A model generated the notes under the pieces. It saw only the letters and a program-made list of their open reading frames with translations. It made no database searches and had not been told where the DNA came from. DNA of 59,194 bases from Octopus sinensis (taxonomy: Eukaryota), in assembly GCF_006345805.1 (NCBI RefSeq), contig NW_021834663.1, positions 1 to 59,194 on the forward strand. The letters run 5' to 3'. Made by a program: the position numbers and the translations under genes. Position 1 is the stretch's first letter; each line of letters starts with the position of its first letter. This document shows positions 13,673 through 25,662 of the stretch, one piece after another.

Positions 13673-13896
13673 TTCTTTACTGCCCCACATGGGGCTAAAA
13701 TATAGGGGACACACAAGGACAGACAAAGGGATAAGTTGATTACACACCAACCCAAGTGCGTAACTGGTACTTAATTTATCGACCCCGAAAGGATGAAAGG
13801 CAAAGTCGACCACGTGCGGATTTGAACTCAGAACGTAACGACAGACGAAATACCGCTAAGCATTTCGCCCAGCGCGCTAACGCTTCTGCCAGCTCG
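13671..13896 (-). mobile_element. SINE family A
   Basis: Reverse-complement match to 11584-11815. A related variant follows at about 14010-14210. Confidence 0.85.
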
Positions 13897-14231
13897 AATA
13901 ATATAGTTGAATAATAAAAGGGAATTTTTTAGTATAGTATTAAATACTTGAAAAATGAGTAGAGATCGCTTTTTGGGATAATTTTTAGTTTAATAATAAT
14001 CCTTTCTATAATAGGCACAAGGCCTGAAATTCGGGGGAGGAGGATAGTCGATTACATCAACCCCAGTGCATAACTGGTATTTGTTTCATCGACTCCAAAA
14101 GGATGAAATGCAAAGTAGACCTCGGCGGAATTCGAACTCAGTACGTTAAGACTGACGAAACTTCACTAAGCATTTTGTCCCGCTTGCTAACGATTCTGCC
14201 AGCTTGCCGTTTTATGCTTTCATCTTAATAA

Positions 14232-14636
14232 TCTATATATATAAAGCTGAAGTTGTCTGTGTGTGTGTGTGTGTGGTAGGTTTGGTAGCCTTCAACTAGC
14301 ATCCTCCGAGGCCCTGCAGCGCAAGTTGACCAAAATTGAGAGTATGATAGAAGAAGGCTTGCTCTTTATTCCGTAGAAGAAAACATTCAAATCGGACCAT
14401 GTTAAAATTTATTTACATCAAAAATTTCTTTACATCAAAAAGGTGTTTTTTTCTATGAAAATCCCTACTTTTTACGATTTTTTGACTGCTGTGTCGCCAT
14501 TTTTAGGTGTATTTCAACAAGAAAAATGTTCACTTAAAGAGAATAACAAGCAACATAATGGAAAATTTTTACTTTTCAAAAATTCCAATTCTAAAGGGTC
14601 GAAACAAACCCGAGCAACGCCGGGCGATACTGCTAG
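14232..14636 (+). mobile_element. Non-autonomous Helitron
   Basis: Starts A|TCtatatatataaag followed by a GT microsatellite; ends acccgagcaacgccgggcgatactgCTAG|T. The 5'-TC, subterminal hairpin, CTAG-3' and A|T insertion site are all canonical. Confidence 0.8.
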
Positions 14637-14670
14637 TATAATGATATGCGAATGCCAACCTCTCCTATAT

Positions 14671-14735
<65 letters not shown>

Positions 14736-14897
14736 AAATAAATATTAGGGAATAAATCCAAATTTACAGGGAAAAAATCAATGATTTAGGATTAAATCCA
14801 ATTTATAGTAAAATATTATAAAATATAGACGTCAAATACAAATATGGTTTTGTCTCTAATATATTTTATATATATATATATATTATATAATTATATC

Positions 14898-14928
<31 letters not shown>

Positions 14929-14975
14929 TATAATATATATACATATATAAATATATATATTATATATAGTGTATG

Positions 14976-15006
<31 letters not shown>

Positions 15007-15117
15007 TGTATGTATATATGTATGCAGTAAATTAAATATTGAGGGTAGAAATTGGTACTAATCAATTAAAACCAGTGGGTTAGCATATTTAAACAATCCG
15101 AAGATTAAAAATTATAT

Positions 15118-15457
15118 TACATACAAAACTAAGAGAAAGAGACCACTAAAGTGGACTCCTAATATGCTAAATATAGACGTCAAATCCCCATTACCAACGA
15201 AGATTGTGTTCTCAAAAAAAGTTTCAGCAAAACGTAAAAATGAGCCAAGACAAATGAAAATATACGAGAATAAAAAAAAAACGTAGGTAATCGACCTTTA
15301 TTTCGTATGCTTTCATTTGTCTTGGTCATTTTTACATTTTGCAGTTTTGCTGAAATTTCTCTTGAGAATACACTCTTCGTGGTAATGGCGATTTGACGTC
15401 TATATTTAACACATTAAGAGTCCACTTTAGTGATCATTCCTCTTAATTTTGTATGTA
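15118..15457. repeat. Imperfect palindrome of about 340 bp
   Basis: 15118-15270 is roughly the reverse complement of 15297-15457. Confidence 0.8.
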
Positions 15458-15468
15458 TATATATATAT

Positions 15469-15584
15469 AAAGGAAATGAAAAAATGCTGACAAAATAATT
15501 TAAGTAAGGGAGAGTGTATTTAACCTAATTAAATACACTCTCCCTTACTTAAATTATTTTGTCAGCAATTTCTTCATTTCCTTT
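15469..15584. repeat. Near-perfect hairpin, arms about 55 bp
   Basis: aaaggaaatgaa...gagagtgtatttaa paired with ttaaatacactctc...ttcatttccttt. Confidence 0.85.
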
Positions 15585-15846
15585 TTTTATATATCACAAC
15601 TCGTGTTCCACATCTCCTTTTTAAATATATATATATATATATCATATATTATATATGTAAGGATAAGATCGTTGATTTAAATTAAATAACGGTCCTATCG
15701 AGTGGCCAGCAAGGAAATTAAAACTTTCAAAGGTAATAATTATCATTAAAATTACAATTTATAGTATCTACGAGATACCGCTAGAGTCAGATTTTAGCTG
15801 CTATTTCAGCAAGGCGGTATCTCGTAGATGCCCTAAATTATAATTA

Positions 15847-15928
<82 letters not shown>

Positions 15929-15992
15929 CCTATTATATTGTATTTATTCATATCCAAAATTTTACTTCTTCACAAATATGTATGTATATATG

Positions 15993-16023
<31 letters not shown>

Positions 16024-16041
16024 CATTTATATTATTATTAT

Positions 16042-16092
<51 letters not shown>

Positions 16093-16315
16093 CTAACAAC
16101 AGAATAAATTGGCGAGAAATCATGGAGCAGCAACAACGATTTTCCATAAATTCTGCATGATCGACTAGATGACATAGCTTAATAGATCGTGAATTATTAA
16201 ACTGCTTTTTATACTGACCAGCTCCTCGTGAGCGATGGTGGACTAGCTGATTACTACACAGATGGGGAAAAATTGGAGATTGTCAAAAGTAACATGTAAA
16301 AGTTTGGTTGTGTTA

Positions 16316-16735
16316 ATTATTGGTTGTCACAAAATGCTACTATACATATATACAGTCTTTGGTACTAAGAACATGTTAAGGACATAAAAAAGTTTAACAA
16401 GTTCGTTAAACTACTGGGCACAAAAGATTACAACATATATATACATTCTCAAGAAAATCTTAAAGATAGTTTCCAAGAGGAATTATTAAAAGGTTCAGTG
16501 GAATATATTGGTATTGTATCTGTATATACATACGCGCACAGAATATTGGTTGTCACAAAATACTACAATACATATACACATTCTTTTGTAACAAGAACGT
16601 GTTATGAACATGAAAAAGTTTTAAAAGTTCATTAAAATGTTGGGCACAAAGGGTTACAATATATATATACATTCTCAAGAAAATGTTAAAGATAGTTTCC
16701 AGAAGGAATTATTAAAAATGTCAGTGTATATATAT
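16316..16735. repeat. Old tandem duplication, unit about 225 bp
   Basis: attggttgtcacaaaat...gatagtttcc...gaattattaaa recurs at 16316 and 16542 at roughly 80% identity. Confidence 0.75.
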
Positions 16736-16840
16736 ATGTTGTAATCTTAGTGGTAAGATCATAGCGGATCTCCTTCTAGCTTTAGAGTTGTCCACATAGT
16801 GGTCATCATCCCTCATAATACATATATATATATATGTATA

Positions 16841-16918
<78 letters not shown>

Positions 16919-17060
16919 AGAAAGGAAAACAAAAACAATAAATTGAAGAATCATAAATTCATTTCAATTTAAATATTTTCAGCAAAACAACGTATTTTAC
17001 ACCTAGCTAATGTAAAATGAATAATGAATAAGGGGTCAACGTTGGTCATATGTCAGCGTG

Positions 17061-17192
17061 TGCATATAAGAATTATTTGCGTAATGAGATAAAAAACGAA
17101 GGCTGTGTAGATATTAGAACATTTATATATGTTCTAATATCTACACAGCCATCGTTTTTTATTTCATTACGCAAAAAATTCTTATATATGCA
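17061..17192. repeat. Hairpin of about 130 bp
   Basis: ggctgtgtagatattagaacat / atgttctaatatctacacagcc, with the flanks extending the pairing. Confidence 0.85.
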
Positions 17193-17417
17193 TATATATC
17201 TTCTCTTAGTTGTTTTAGTAATTTGACTGCAGCCATGCTGGAGCACCACCTTTAGTCGATCCCAGGATTTATTCTTTGTAAGCTTAGTACTAATTTCATC
17301 GGTTTCTTTGCCGAACCGCTAATTTACAGGGATATAAACACACCAGCATCGGTTGCCAAGCGATGTTGTGGGGGACAAACACATACAGACACAGACACAC
17401 ATACATACACACACACG

Positions 17418-17476
<59 letters not shown>

Positions 17477-17592
17477 TATACACGTCATGTTTCTTTCAGT
17501 GTCCGTCTGCCAAATCTACAAATCCACTCACAAGGCCTTGATCGGCCCGAGGCTATAGTAGAAGACACTTATATCTATCTATCTATCTATCA

Positions 17593-17632
<40 letters not shown>

Positions 17633-17641
17633 ATCTATCTA

Positions 17642-17692
<51 letters not shown>

Positions 17693-17697
17693 TTATC

Positions 17698-17728
<31 letters not shown>

Positions 17729-17806
17729 CTATATATCTATCTATCTATCTATCTATTCATCTATCTATCTATCTATCTATCTATCAATCATTCTTTCTAT
17801 ATATCT

Positions 17807-18629
17807 AAAGCATTCTATAGGGGATTAGTGGAGGGGAGGTACGACGACGATCTTGGGGCAAACCTAGGCGTCGACGAGGAATACCTGACCCGCTTGTTTG
17901 AAACGACTTTCGGGCCGGGACCTATGGACAACTTCCAGAGATCCCTGGCCTGGCAGTGCTACCGAGAAGCGCTACCCGTTCGGGATAAGCTCTATAGGCA
18001 TGGCTCGAGAAACACGGGGCCGACTTGCCCGAGATGCGGGCAGAGCGACGAGACCGTTCTGCACGCAATCGTGCAGTGTCCAACAATCTCCGACCTGTGG
18101 GCTTATGTCGAACGACTGCTGTCACGTGTGGGACGTGTCGGTTTATCAGCCGAGTCTATCGTTAATGTCGTCACGCCTCCTTCCTTCAAACGGGAAGGAA
18201 GAGCTATTTTTATCATACTTGTGGCTATGGCGAAAGAATGTATCTGGTGGACGCGCCTAAAAGGATTAGAGACAAACACTTTCCTCTCTGGTCAATCTCT
18301 CATCAACTTCTTCAAGTATCACTTGAAGAGGAAAGTGAGAGTAGAGAGGCAAAGTTTTGTCTTTTCCGTAGGCTTTTCTTTCCACGGGTAAACCTCACCT
18401 GTCCTCCCCTTTACACTTTATATTGACATTTCTGTGATAACGATCCCTATTGATCGATTTTTTTCCTTTTCCTTTTATTTTCTATCCCACCCACTTTTTT
18501 TGTCCTCTTTCTTTCCTTTTACGATCCCTTTTGATAGAAAACCAAGCCCCCTTTTTTACCTCCAAAAGAAAAGCTCTACTTTGTAATTTGTCCTGTCTGT
18601 GTGCAGCCCAGTGTGGCTAATAAAGAAAC
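17807..18629 (+). mobile_element. 5'-truncated L1/Tx1-clade LINE (ORF2 C-terminal zinc knuckle and 3' UTR), copy 1
   Basis: Peptide AWQCYREALPVRDKLYRHG...CPRCGQSDETVLHAIVQC (zf-RVT CCHC), pyrimidine-rich 3' UTR, ends aataaagaaac. (TATC)n lies on both sides. Confidence 0.8.
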
Positions 18630-18680
18630 ATATTTATCTATCTATCTATCTATCTATCTATATTCTATCTATCATTCTAT

Positions 18681-18744
<64 letters not shown>

Positions 18745-18838
18745 TTATCATTCTATCTATCTATCTAAATATGTATGTATGTATATATGTATTTATCTAT
18801 CTATCTATCTTTCTTTCTATCTATCTATCTATCTATCT

Positions 18839-19914
18839 AGTGACTTCAACACAACCAAAGCATTCTATAGGGGATTAGTGGATGGGAGGTACGACGACGA
18901 GCCCGGGGCGAACCTGGACGTCGACGAGGAGTACCTGACCCGCCTGTTCAGGACGACTTTCGGGCCAGGGCCCATGGACAACTTCCAGAGATCCCTGGCC
19001 TGGCAGTGCTACCGAGAAGCGCTACCCGTTCGGGATAAGCTCTACAGACACGGCTCGAGAAACACGGGGCCGACTTGCCCGAGATGCGGTCAGAGCGACG
19101 AGACCGTTCTGCACGCACTCGTGCAGTGTCCAACAATTTCCGACCTGTGGGCTTATGTCGAACAACTGCTGTCACGTGTGGGACGAGTCGGTTTATCAGC
19201 CGAGTCTATCGTTAATGTCGTCACGCCTCCTTCCTTCAAACGGGAAGGAAGAGCTATTTTCATCATCCTTGTGGCTATGGCGAAAGAATGTATCTGGTGG
19301 ACGCGTCTGAAAGGATTGGAGACAAACACTTTCCTCTCTGGTCAATCTCTCATCAACTTCTTCAAGTACCACTTGAAAAGGAAAGTGAGAGTAGAGAGGC
19401 AAGTTTTGTCTAGCGAATGTTTAAAAAAAGATGGGTGAATGTAGCAAGGATGGCACGTATGAATGACGAAGCCATGTTGAGCATAATCCTATGAACCCAG
19501 AAATTGAAAACAGAGGGTTACCCACTTGCAAACAAATGTGGTCCTTTTCGTAGGCTTTTCTTCCCACGGATAAACCTTACTTGCTTTCCCCTTTACACCA
19601 TGTATCATAACACTGTGATACACGATCCCTATTGATCGTTTTTTTTCCTCTTCCCCTTTTTTCCCCTTTTTTCTTCTTTTTTCATTTCTCTTTTCTTTTG
19701 TTCCTTTTCCTGTTCTTTTTTTTTCTTTTTTTCTTTTTTATTTTCTTTTTTTTTGTTCTTTTCTTCCCTTTTACGATCCCTCTTGATCGAAAACCTACGC
19801 CACCCCTTTTTCTTTTTTTTCTTTTGCTTTTTGTTTTTTTCATCCCCCAAAAGAAAAGCTCTACCTTGTAACTTGTCCTATCTGTGTGCAGCCCTGTGTG
19901 GCCAATAAAGAAAC
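18839..19914 (+). mobile_element. 5'-truncated L1/Tx1-clade LINE, copy 2
   Basis: About 90% identical to copy 1; ORF ends at 19438; keeps about 140 bp absent from copy 1; ends aataaagaaac followed by ttatctatctat. Confidence 0.8.
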
Positions 19915-20159
19915 TTATCTATCTATGTGTGTGAGCGTGTGTAAGCCTGGTACTTATCCTATCAATCTCTTTTGCCGGATCGCTGTTTTTACGTGAGGAT
20001 AAAAAAACAATACCGTCTATCAAGCGGTGGTGTGAGCACACAAACGCACACACACACACACACACTGACATAAACATAAACGACGCACTTCCTTCAGTTT
20101 CTGAAGACACTTGCACAAAGTACCTTAATAATTAAATAAGCCTTTGGTTTAATCAATAT

Positions 20160-20885
20160 TTAGGAGTGGTAAGTAGTTTGCTTACCAACCACATGATTCC
20201 GGGTTCAGTCCCACTGCGTGGTACCTTGGCAAAGTATCTTCTACTATAGCCTCGGACCGACCTAAGCCTTGTGAGTGGACTTAGTAGACGGAAACTGAAA
20301 GAAGCCCGTCGTATATATGTATATATATATATATATATATGTCACAGTGATCCCCGTGACCGACCAGGCTATCAGATGTTGCTACACATCGCTGGTCACC
20401 ATGTGCTTCGAATTGTTTTAGCCTTCATATAACACCACCTCGCTGGCTAAGCGAGCAGGCCAACAGAATAAAGAGTGAGAGAAAGTTGTGGCGAAAGAGA
20501 ACAGCAGGGTCGCCACTACCCCCTGCCGAAGCCACGTGGAGCTTTAGGTGTTTTCGCTCAATAAACACTCAAAACACCCGGTCTGGGAATCGAAACCGCG
20601 TTCCTATGACAGCGAGTCTGCTGCCCTAATTACTGGACCATTGCGCCTCCATATATATATATGTATGTGTGTGTATATGTTTGTGTGTCTGTGTTTGTCC
20701 CTCCAACATCGCTTGACAACCGATGGTGGTGCGTTTACGTCCCCGTAACTTAGCGGTTCGGCAAAAGAACCGATAGAATAAGTACTAGGCTTACAAAGAA
20801 TAAGTCCTGAGTTCGAGTTACTCGACTAAAGGCGGTGCTCCAGCATGGCCACACTCAAATGACTGAAACAAGTAAAAGAGTACAA
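20160..20885 (+). mobile_element. SINE family B interrupted at its internal microsatellite by an antisense family C SINE (about 20342-20651)
   Basis: Family B head 20160-20330 and tail 20655-20885; between them lies the reverse complement of the ggaggcgcaatgg-type head. Confidence 0.75.
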
Positions 20886-20889
20886 GTTA

Positions 20890-21300
20890 TGTCGGTGAGC
20901 TGGCAGAATCGTAAGGACACCGAACAAAATACTTAGCGACATTTTGTCTGTGTTCGTGTTCTGAGTTCAAATATAAGTACCAGGTGATCACTGGAGTCAA
21001 ACTAATCAACTAATCAATTTCCCCGAAATTGATGGCCTTGTGCCAAAGTTTGTAACCAGTATTAAAAGGCAACTTTGGCAGGTGGCGAAAATCGGGGAAA
21101 ATCGTTTGTATAACGGGTAAAATGCTTAGCTGCTTTTCGTCCGTCTTCACGTTCTGTGATAAAATTCTACTGAGGTTGAATTTGTCTTTCATCCGTTTGG
21201 GGTCGGTAAGGTAATTACTAGATGAAATCGATTTGCCCATTCCCCTGAAATTGCTGGCCTTGTGCCAAAATTTGTTACCAATATTGAGTTACAATCTGGA
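20890..21300 (+). mobile_element. Two adjacent diverged family A-variant SINEs
   Basis: gagctggcagaatcg... at 20895 and ggtggcgaaaatcg... at 21080, each with an aaattg/ttgctggccttgtgccaaa tail. Confidence 0.6.
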
Positions 21301-21689
21301 AAAAAATAAATAATTTGAAAGATTCGGGCACTTTTGCGTCACATTAATTTGTTCAGTAAATTTTCTTTATAAATCCGGAGTAAACATCTTAGATGTCTTA
21401 GATATATAACATGCACAAACGGTATGTCACAGAACTGGTAGAACGTGACAATGAGTTGTAGTATTAAGTTCTCTGTTTATTTGGAGTTATTTGTATAACT
21501 AGGTATGGATGTGTAGTGAAGAAGTTAACTTCGTAACCACATTGTTTCGAATTCCCTTCCATTACGTGGCGCATTTGGCATGTGTCAACTACTATATCTC
21601 TGACCATTTAATGCCTCGTGAGTGAATTTATAAGACAGTAGAAACTGCGTGGAAGCCCATCATATATATATATATAATTATACACACAA

Positions 21690-21734
<45 letters not shown>

Positions 21735-22061
21735 ATATATATATATATATATGTGTGTGTGTGGTGTGTGTGTGAGTCTAGATTCGTGGGGGTGTGCATG
21801 TGTGCATGTGTGTCTGTTTGTTGTCCTACTACCGCTTGACAAATGATGGCGACCTTTTGCATCCTCTTAACTTAGCACTTTGGCAAAAGAGTGCAACAGA
21901 ATAAGTACCAGGCTTAACATAATTACTGGAGTTGATATGTTCGAATAACCCGACAGCCATCTATTAGTAAAATCTATTTAATTAGCTCCAAACATTAAAT
22001 AAAATTTATAATATTGTTAATTTTTTAATATTATCCTTCTTCAACAAATGTCATATAATTG

Positions 22062-22083
22062 TTTCTTCCATTTATTGTTTCAG
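22062..22083 (+). promoter_or_regulatory. Putative splice acceptor for the LicD coding exon (also at 25377 and 32126)
   Basis: Pyrimidine tract tttcttccatttattgtttcAG conserved in all three units, about 285 nt upstream of the ATG. Confidence 0.55.
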
Positions 22084-22369
22084 ATATGTAAATGACCGAT
22101 AAGAAGCATTTTAAAGTAACGATCCCGCTGTTAATCGTTTAATATGGAAAATTGCGTCTTCGATCTGTTCAACATGGATTCTGGCGAAAGTAATTAAACA
22201 TTATGAATCATATTACTCGTGGAACGACCTGAAAGTTAGCACACAAATGTTTATAGTTTCTAAACATGACTCGGAAAATAAAAGTTTAATATTGATCGGC
22301 TATATTTCTTTTATGGAGAAATCTATTTTGTAAAAGGCTTGAACGAAAAAGTTCAAACCAAAAATTGAT

Positions 22370-23314
22370 ATGGCTCTAAATAAATGTCGTCGTTTTTTAC
22401 CATGCATACTGTTGATATTTATAGCCGTAATTATAATCGGCAACCAATTATATTGGCAACCAACCTTTATTCCTAAAGAATGGTTGCATAGCATGTCAGT
22501 TAAAATCAAGAATAAAGTAATACTTTGGAAGCAACCCGATCTCAGTAAGATTCGTGCCGTCATACATTACCCGAAAAAGTTTTCCACCAATGAAGATGAA
22601 AAGCTACTTCAAGTTTATCCGATAGGCTTAAATTCAGTGGAAATGGAAATGTTTTTACGAACGGTTTCACTATTTTCAAGAGCGCTTTCAAGTGCCAATA
22701 TCACACATCTGGTATACGGTGGTACAGCTATTGGGTCTAGACGGCATCATGGTTTTATACCATGGGATGATGATATTGACGTCTGGATAAACAAAACAGA
22801 AAAGAAAAAATCTAAAGAGATATTAAGTTCAATACCTAATTTCGGTCTTTATTCTCCGAATAATTTTCAGTGGAAATTTTTTTATAAAAATCTAAAGACT
22901 TTAAAATGGAAACAGTTCAGATGGCCTTATATAGATATATTTTACTTTGAAGAAAACGCAACTCATATCTGGGACGAACTGCCCCCACATCGTACGCGGT
23001 ATTATAAGAAGTCTATAATATTCCCACTTCATGACAGGAAGTTTCAGTCAATCAAATTACCTACCCCCTGTGCGATAGATAAATTTGTTGGAGAACCCGC
23101 ATTAAAGAATTGCCTGTCTTCGTCATTTAGTCATAGAATGGAACGGTTTGTACCTGCTAAATTTCATTTGAAGGTACCCTGCAGTAAACTGTATCATCTA
23201 CATCCCTTTGTGTTTCGAACAAAGCACAACGAAACACATTATAAAGAGGAATTAAAGCAGAATGAGACACTCATACACAAGATATTTGTACCAACTAACT
23301 TATGCACTACATGA
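22370..23314 (+). CDS. LicD/fukutin-family nucleotidyltransferase-fold phosphotransferase, type II membrane protein, copy 1 (314 aa)
   Basis: Motif YGGTAIGSRRHHGFIPWDDDIDV matches LicD GT.LG..RH.GFIPWDDDID; second motif WPYIDIFYF; N-terminal signal anchor FLPCILLIFIAVIII; several N-X-T sequons. Confidence 0.9.
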   Translation: MALNKCRRFLPCILLIFIAVIIIGNQLYWQPTFIPKEWLHSMSVKIKNKVILWKQPDLSKIRAVIHYPKKFSTNEDEKLLQVYPIGLNSVEMEMFLRTVSLFSRALSSANITHLVYGGTAIGSRRHHGFIPWDDDIDVWINKTEKKKSKEILSSIPNFGLYSPNNFQWKFFYKNLKTLKWKQFRWPYIDIFYFEENATHIWDELPPHRTRYYKKSIIFPLHDRKFQSIKLPTPCAIDKFVGEPALKNCLSSSFSHRMERFVPAKFHLKVPCSKLYHLHPFVFRTKHNETHYKEELKQNETLIHKIFVPTNLCTT

Positions 23315-23808
23315 ATAAAATCAACGAAAATAACTGTTTTGTTGTGATATATATATTATTTTTATACATGCATCGAAACTCAGCTGTGAATGTACGTGTG
23401 GATGTCTGTTTTGTTTTCGTTCCAAATAGGTTATATATTTTTATAGCTCAATTTTTCAGTGTATTTTGTCTTTTTGTGTTAAGTTTAGAAGGGTCCTAAC
23501 CTTTCGTTCATTGAATCTTTGAGATATTAGTTTTATCTTCTGAATGAAATATAAATAGTAGTGACAAGTTTCTGTCTAGTTTTGTCGTAGTCATATATTG
23601 TGTCATTTTAGGATAGCTGTTTATTGCAAATGCATAGCGAGCCAAGGATTTGGAGAAGTTATACATAAATGAATACACTAAAAGCTTAATCACAAAACAA
23701 TAACGAAAACATTTTACAAATTGCCAACATTGTGTGTTTGCTTTATTTTCAGATCGTATACAACTCATGAAAGTTTCCTCTTGAGTAGATTTTTGTTGGC
23801 ATGTTTTC

Positions 23809-23839
<31 letters not shown>

Positions 23840-23844
23840 GACAT

Positions 23845-24880
23845 ATGTGTGTGTGTATGATAAATAAGGTCTTGATTTGTGGCCGTAAGTTTGTCAATAT
23901 CTCTTGCTCAGACATTGGCGTAATTTTAGCGGCAAGGAAGATCCTCATCTCTTACAATGAACATGATTGGCGGAGGATGGACGCCACCGATTTATTTCAT
24001 ATCACTACGGGATCATCTGATTCTGCGCAGGTGACGGATATAGTTGCCCTATGCCTCATGTCACAGCTCAAGGATTCCTTCCCCTTTGGTCTGGGGTGGG
24101 GTGTTATATAGGGATGATGCCCTTCTAGGTGTGTGTGGCCAGTCCAAATCTGCGCTTAATAGATTAATGAAATCTCTGAGAGGCTTCCTAAAGGATTTCT
24201 TTAATTTTGATATTGTTTTTGATGTCAACACCAGAGTGGTTTATTTCTGGGATGTCACTTTATATTTGGATAGGGGTTTGTATCATCCATTTTGGAAGCC
24301 TAATAGCTCAATCTTTTACATCAATACCTCCTCCAATTATCCAAAATCCACTATTGATAGTATTGTCACGCTATCTCGATCAGAATCTCCAGTCTGTCTG
24401 CTAATGGAGAGATAGTTGATCTACATGCGCCGGTGTATAACAATTCTCTTAGATAAAGCGGCTTTAAGAAGAAGATATATTATATGCCCAACACGAGTTA
24501 AAAAAAAAATTGCCTGGTCTACCACCTGACCATGTCGCGATTAGCCGGGAGAATCGCAGTGCGTTATCTGACTGCCATCAAGCTAAGGCTTCGACTAGGC
24601 ATATATATATATATATATATATATATGCATCGGAACAGATATCGGAATTCAGATAGTAGCAGTGAAGGAATGATAAAAACAAAGAACCCGCCGTCTAGAA
24701 TACGCGAGATTTTATAGTTTACCTATCCTTTTTCCCTTAGGTTTAGAAATTTACTCAAGATGTCCTTTAGGATTCTGAAGGAAAATTTCACAAAGGATCA
24801 TAAATATTATAGTATCTGTAATAAGTCTTCTATTAAGTTCTCCTATTCGGCAATGCCCAGCTTGGCCTCTACTATGCTAA
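23845..24880 (+). mobile_element. Penelope-like element RT C-terminal remnant, unit 1 (GIY-YIG part deleted)
   Basis: Peptides DLFHITTGSSDSAQVTDIVALCL, YRDDAL, FWDVTL...YHPFWKPN...YINTSSNYP match the PLE FDVTMGS.DGAE..ELVG, YRDDGL and FLDVTL...YRKPN...SNHP motifs. Confidence 0.85.
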
Positions 24881-25662
24881 TATTTACTTATATATAATGT
24901 ATGTCGGAGGTCTGAGACCATCGTTAATTCATTTTAATGTGTGTTCGATGACCTATGTTGAATTATCCTTGCCTCATTCATTTGAGCACTTCTTTTTTGC
25001 AGCCCTATTTGTTCTTTGTCTCTTTTGAAAAACAATAGTTATTCTTGACGTATTATATATATATGAGGCTAGATTCGTTGGGGTGCGCATTTGTGCATGT
25101 GTGCCTGTCTGTTTTCTACTACCGCTTGACAAACGATGGTGACTTTTTGCATCATCTTAACTTAGCACTTTGGCAAAAGAGTGCAACAGAATAAGTACCA
25201 GGCTTAACATAATTACTGGAGTTGATAGGATCGGATAACACGACAATCATCTATTAGTAAAATCTATTTAATTAGCTCCAAACATTAACTAAATAAAATT
25301 TAAAATATTGTTAATTCGTTAATGTTATCCTTCTTCAAGAAATGTCATATAATTGTTTCTTCCATTTATTGTTTCAGATATGTAAATGACCGATAAGAAA
25401 CATTTTAACGTTACAATCTCGCTGTTAATCGTTTAATATGGAAAATTGCGTCTTCGATCTGTTCAACAAGGTTTCTAACGAAAGTAATTAAACATTATGA
25501 ATCATATTACTCGTGGAACGACCTGAAAGTTAGCACACAAATGTTTATAGTTTCTAAACATGACTCGAAAATAAAGGTTCAATATTGATCGGCTGTTTTC
25601 CTTTTATGGAGAAATCTATTTTGTAAAAGGCTTGAACGAAAAAGTTCAGACCAAAAATTGAT

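Noticed and set aside
17363-18391. 342-aa ORF as a host zinc-finger gene
   Set aside because: The first 145 codons are SINE and microsatellite; the rest is Tx1 ORF2 C-terminus, repeated at 18.8 kb.
22370-23314. Recent bacterial transfer or retrocopy origin of LicD because it is intronless
   Set aside because: It has a eukaryotic signal anchor, sequons and an upstream acceptor, and FKRP coding regions are also single-exon. Only a phylogeny could revive the idea.
23302-23499. Short ORF overlapping the LicD stop
   Set aside because: It is AT-rich 3' flank and is not preserved as an ORF in units 2 and 3.
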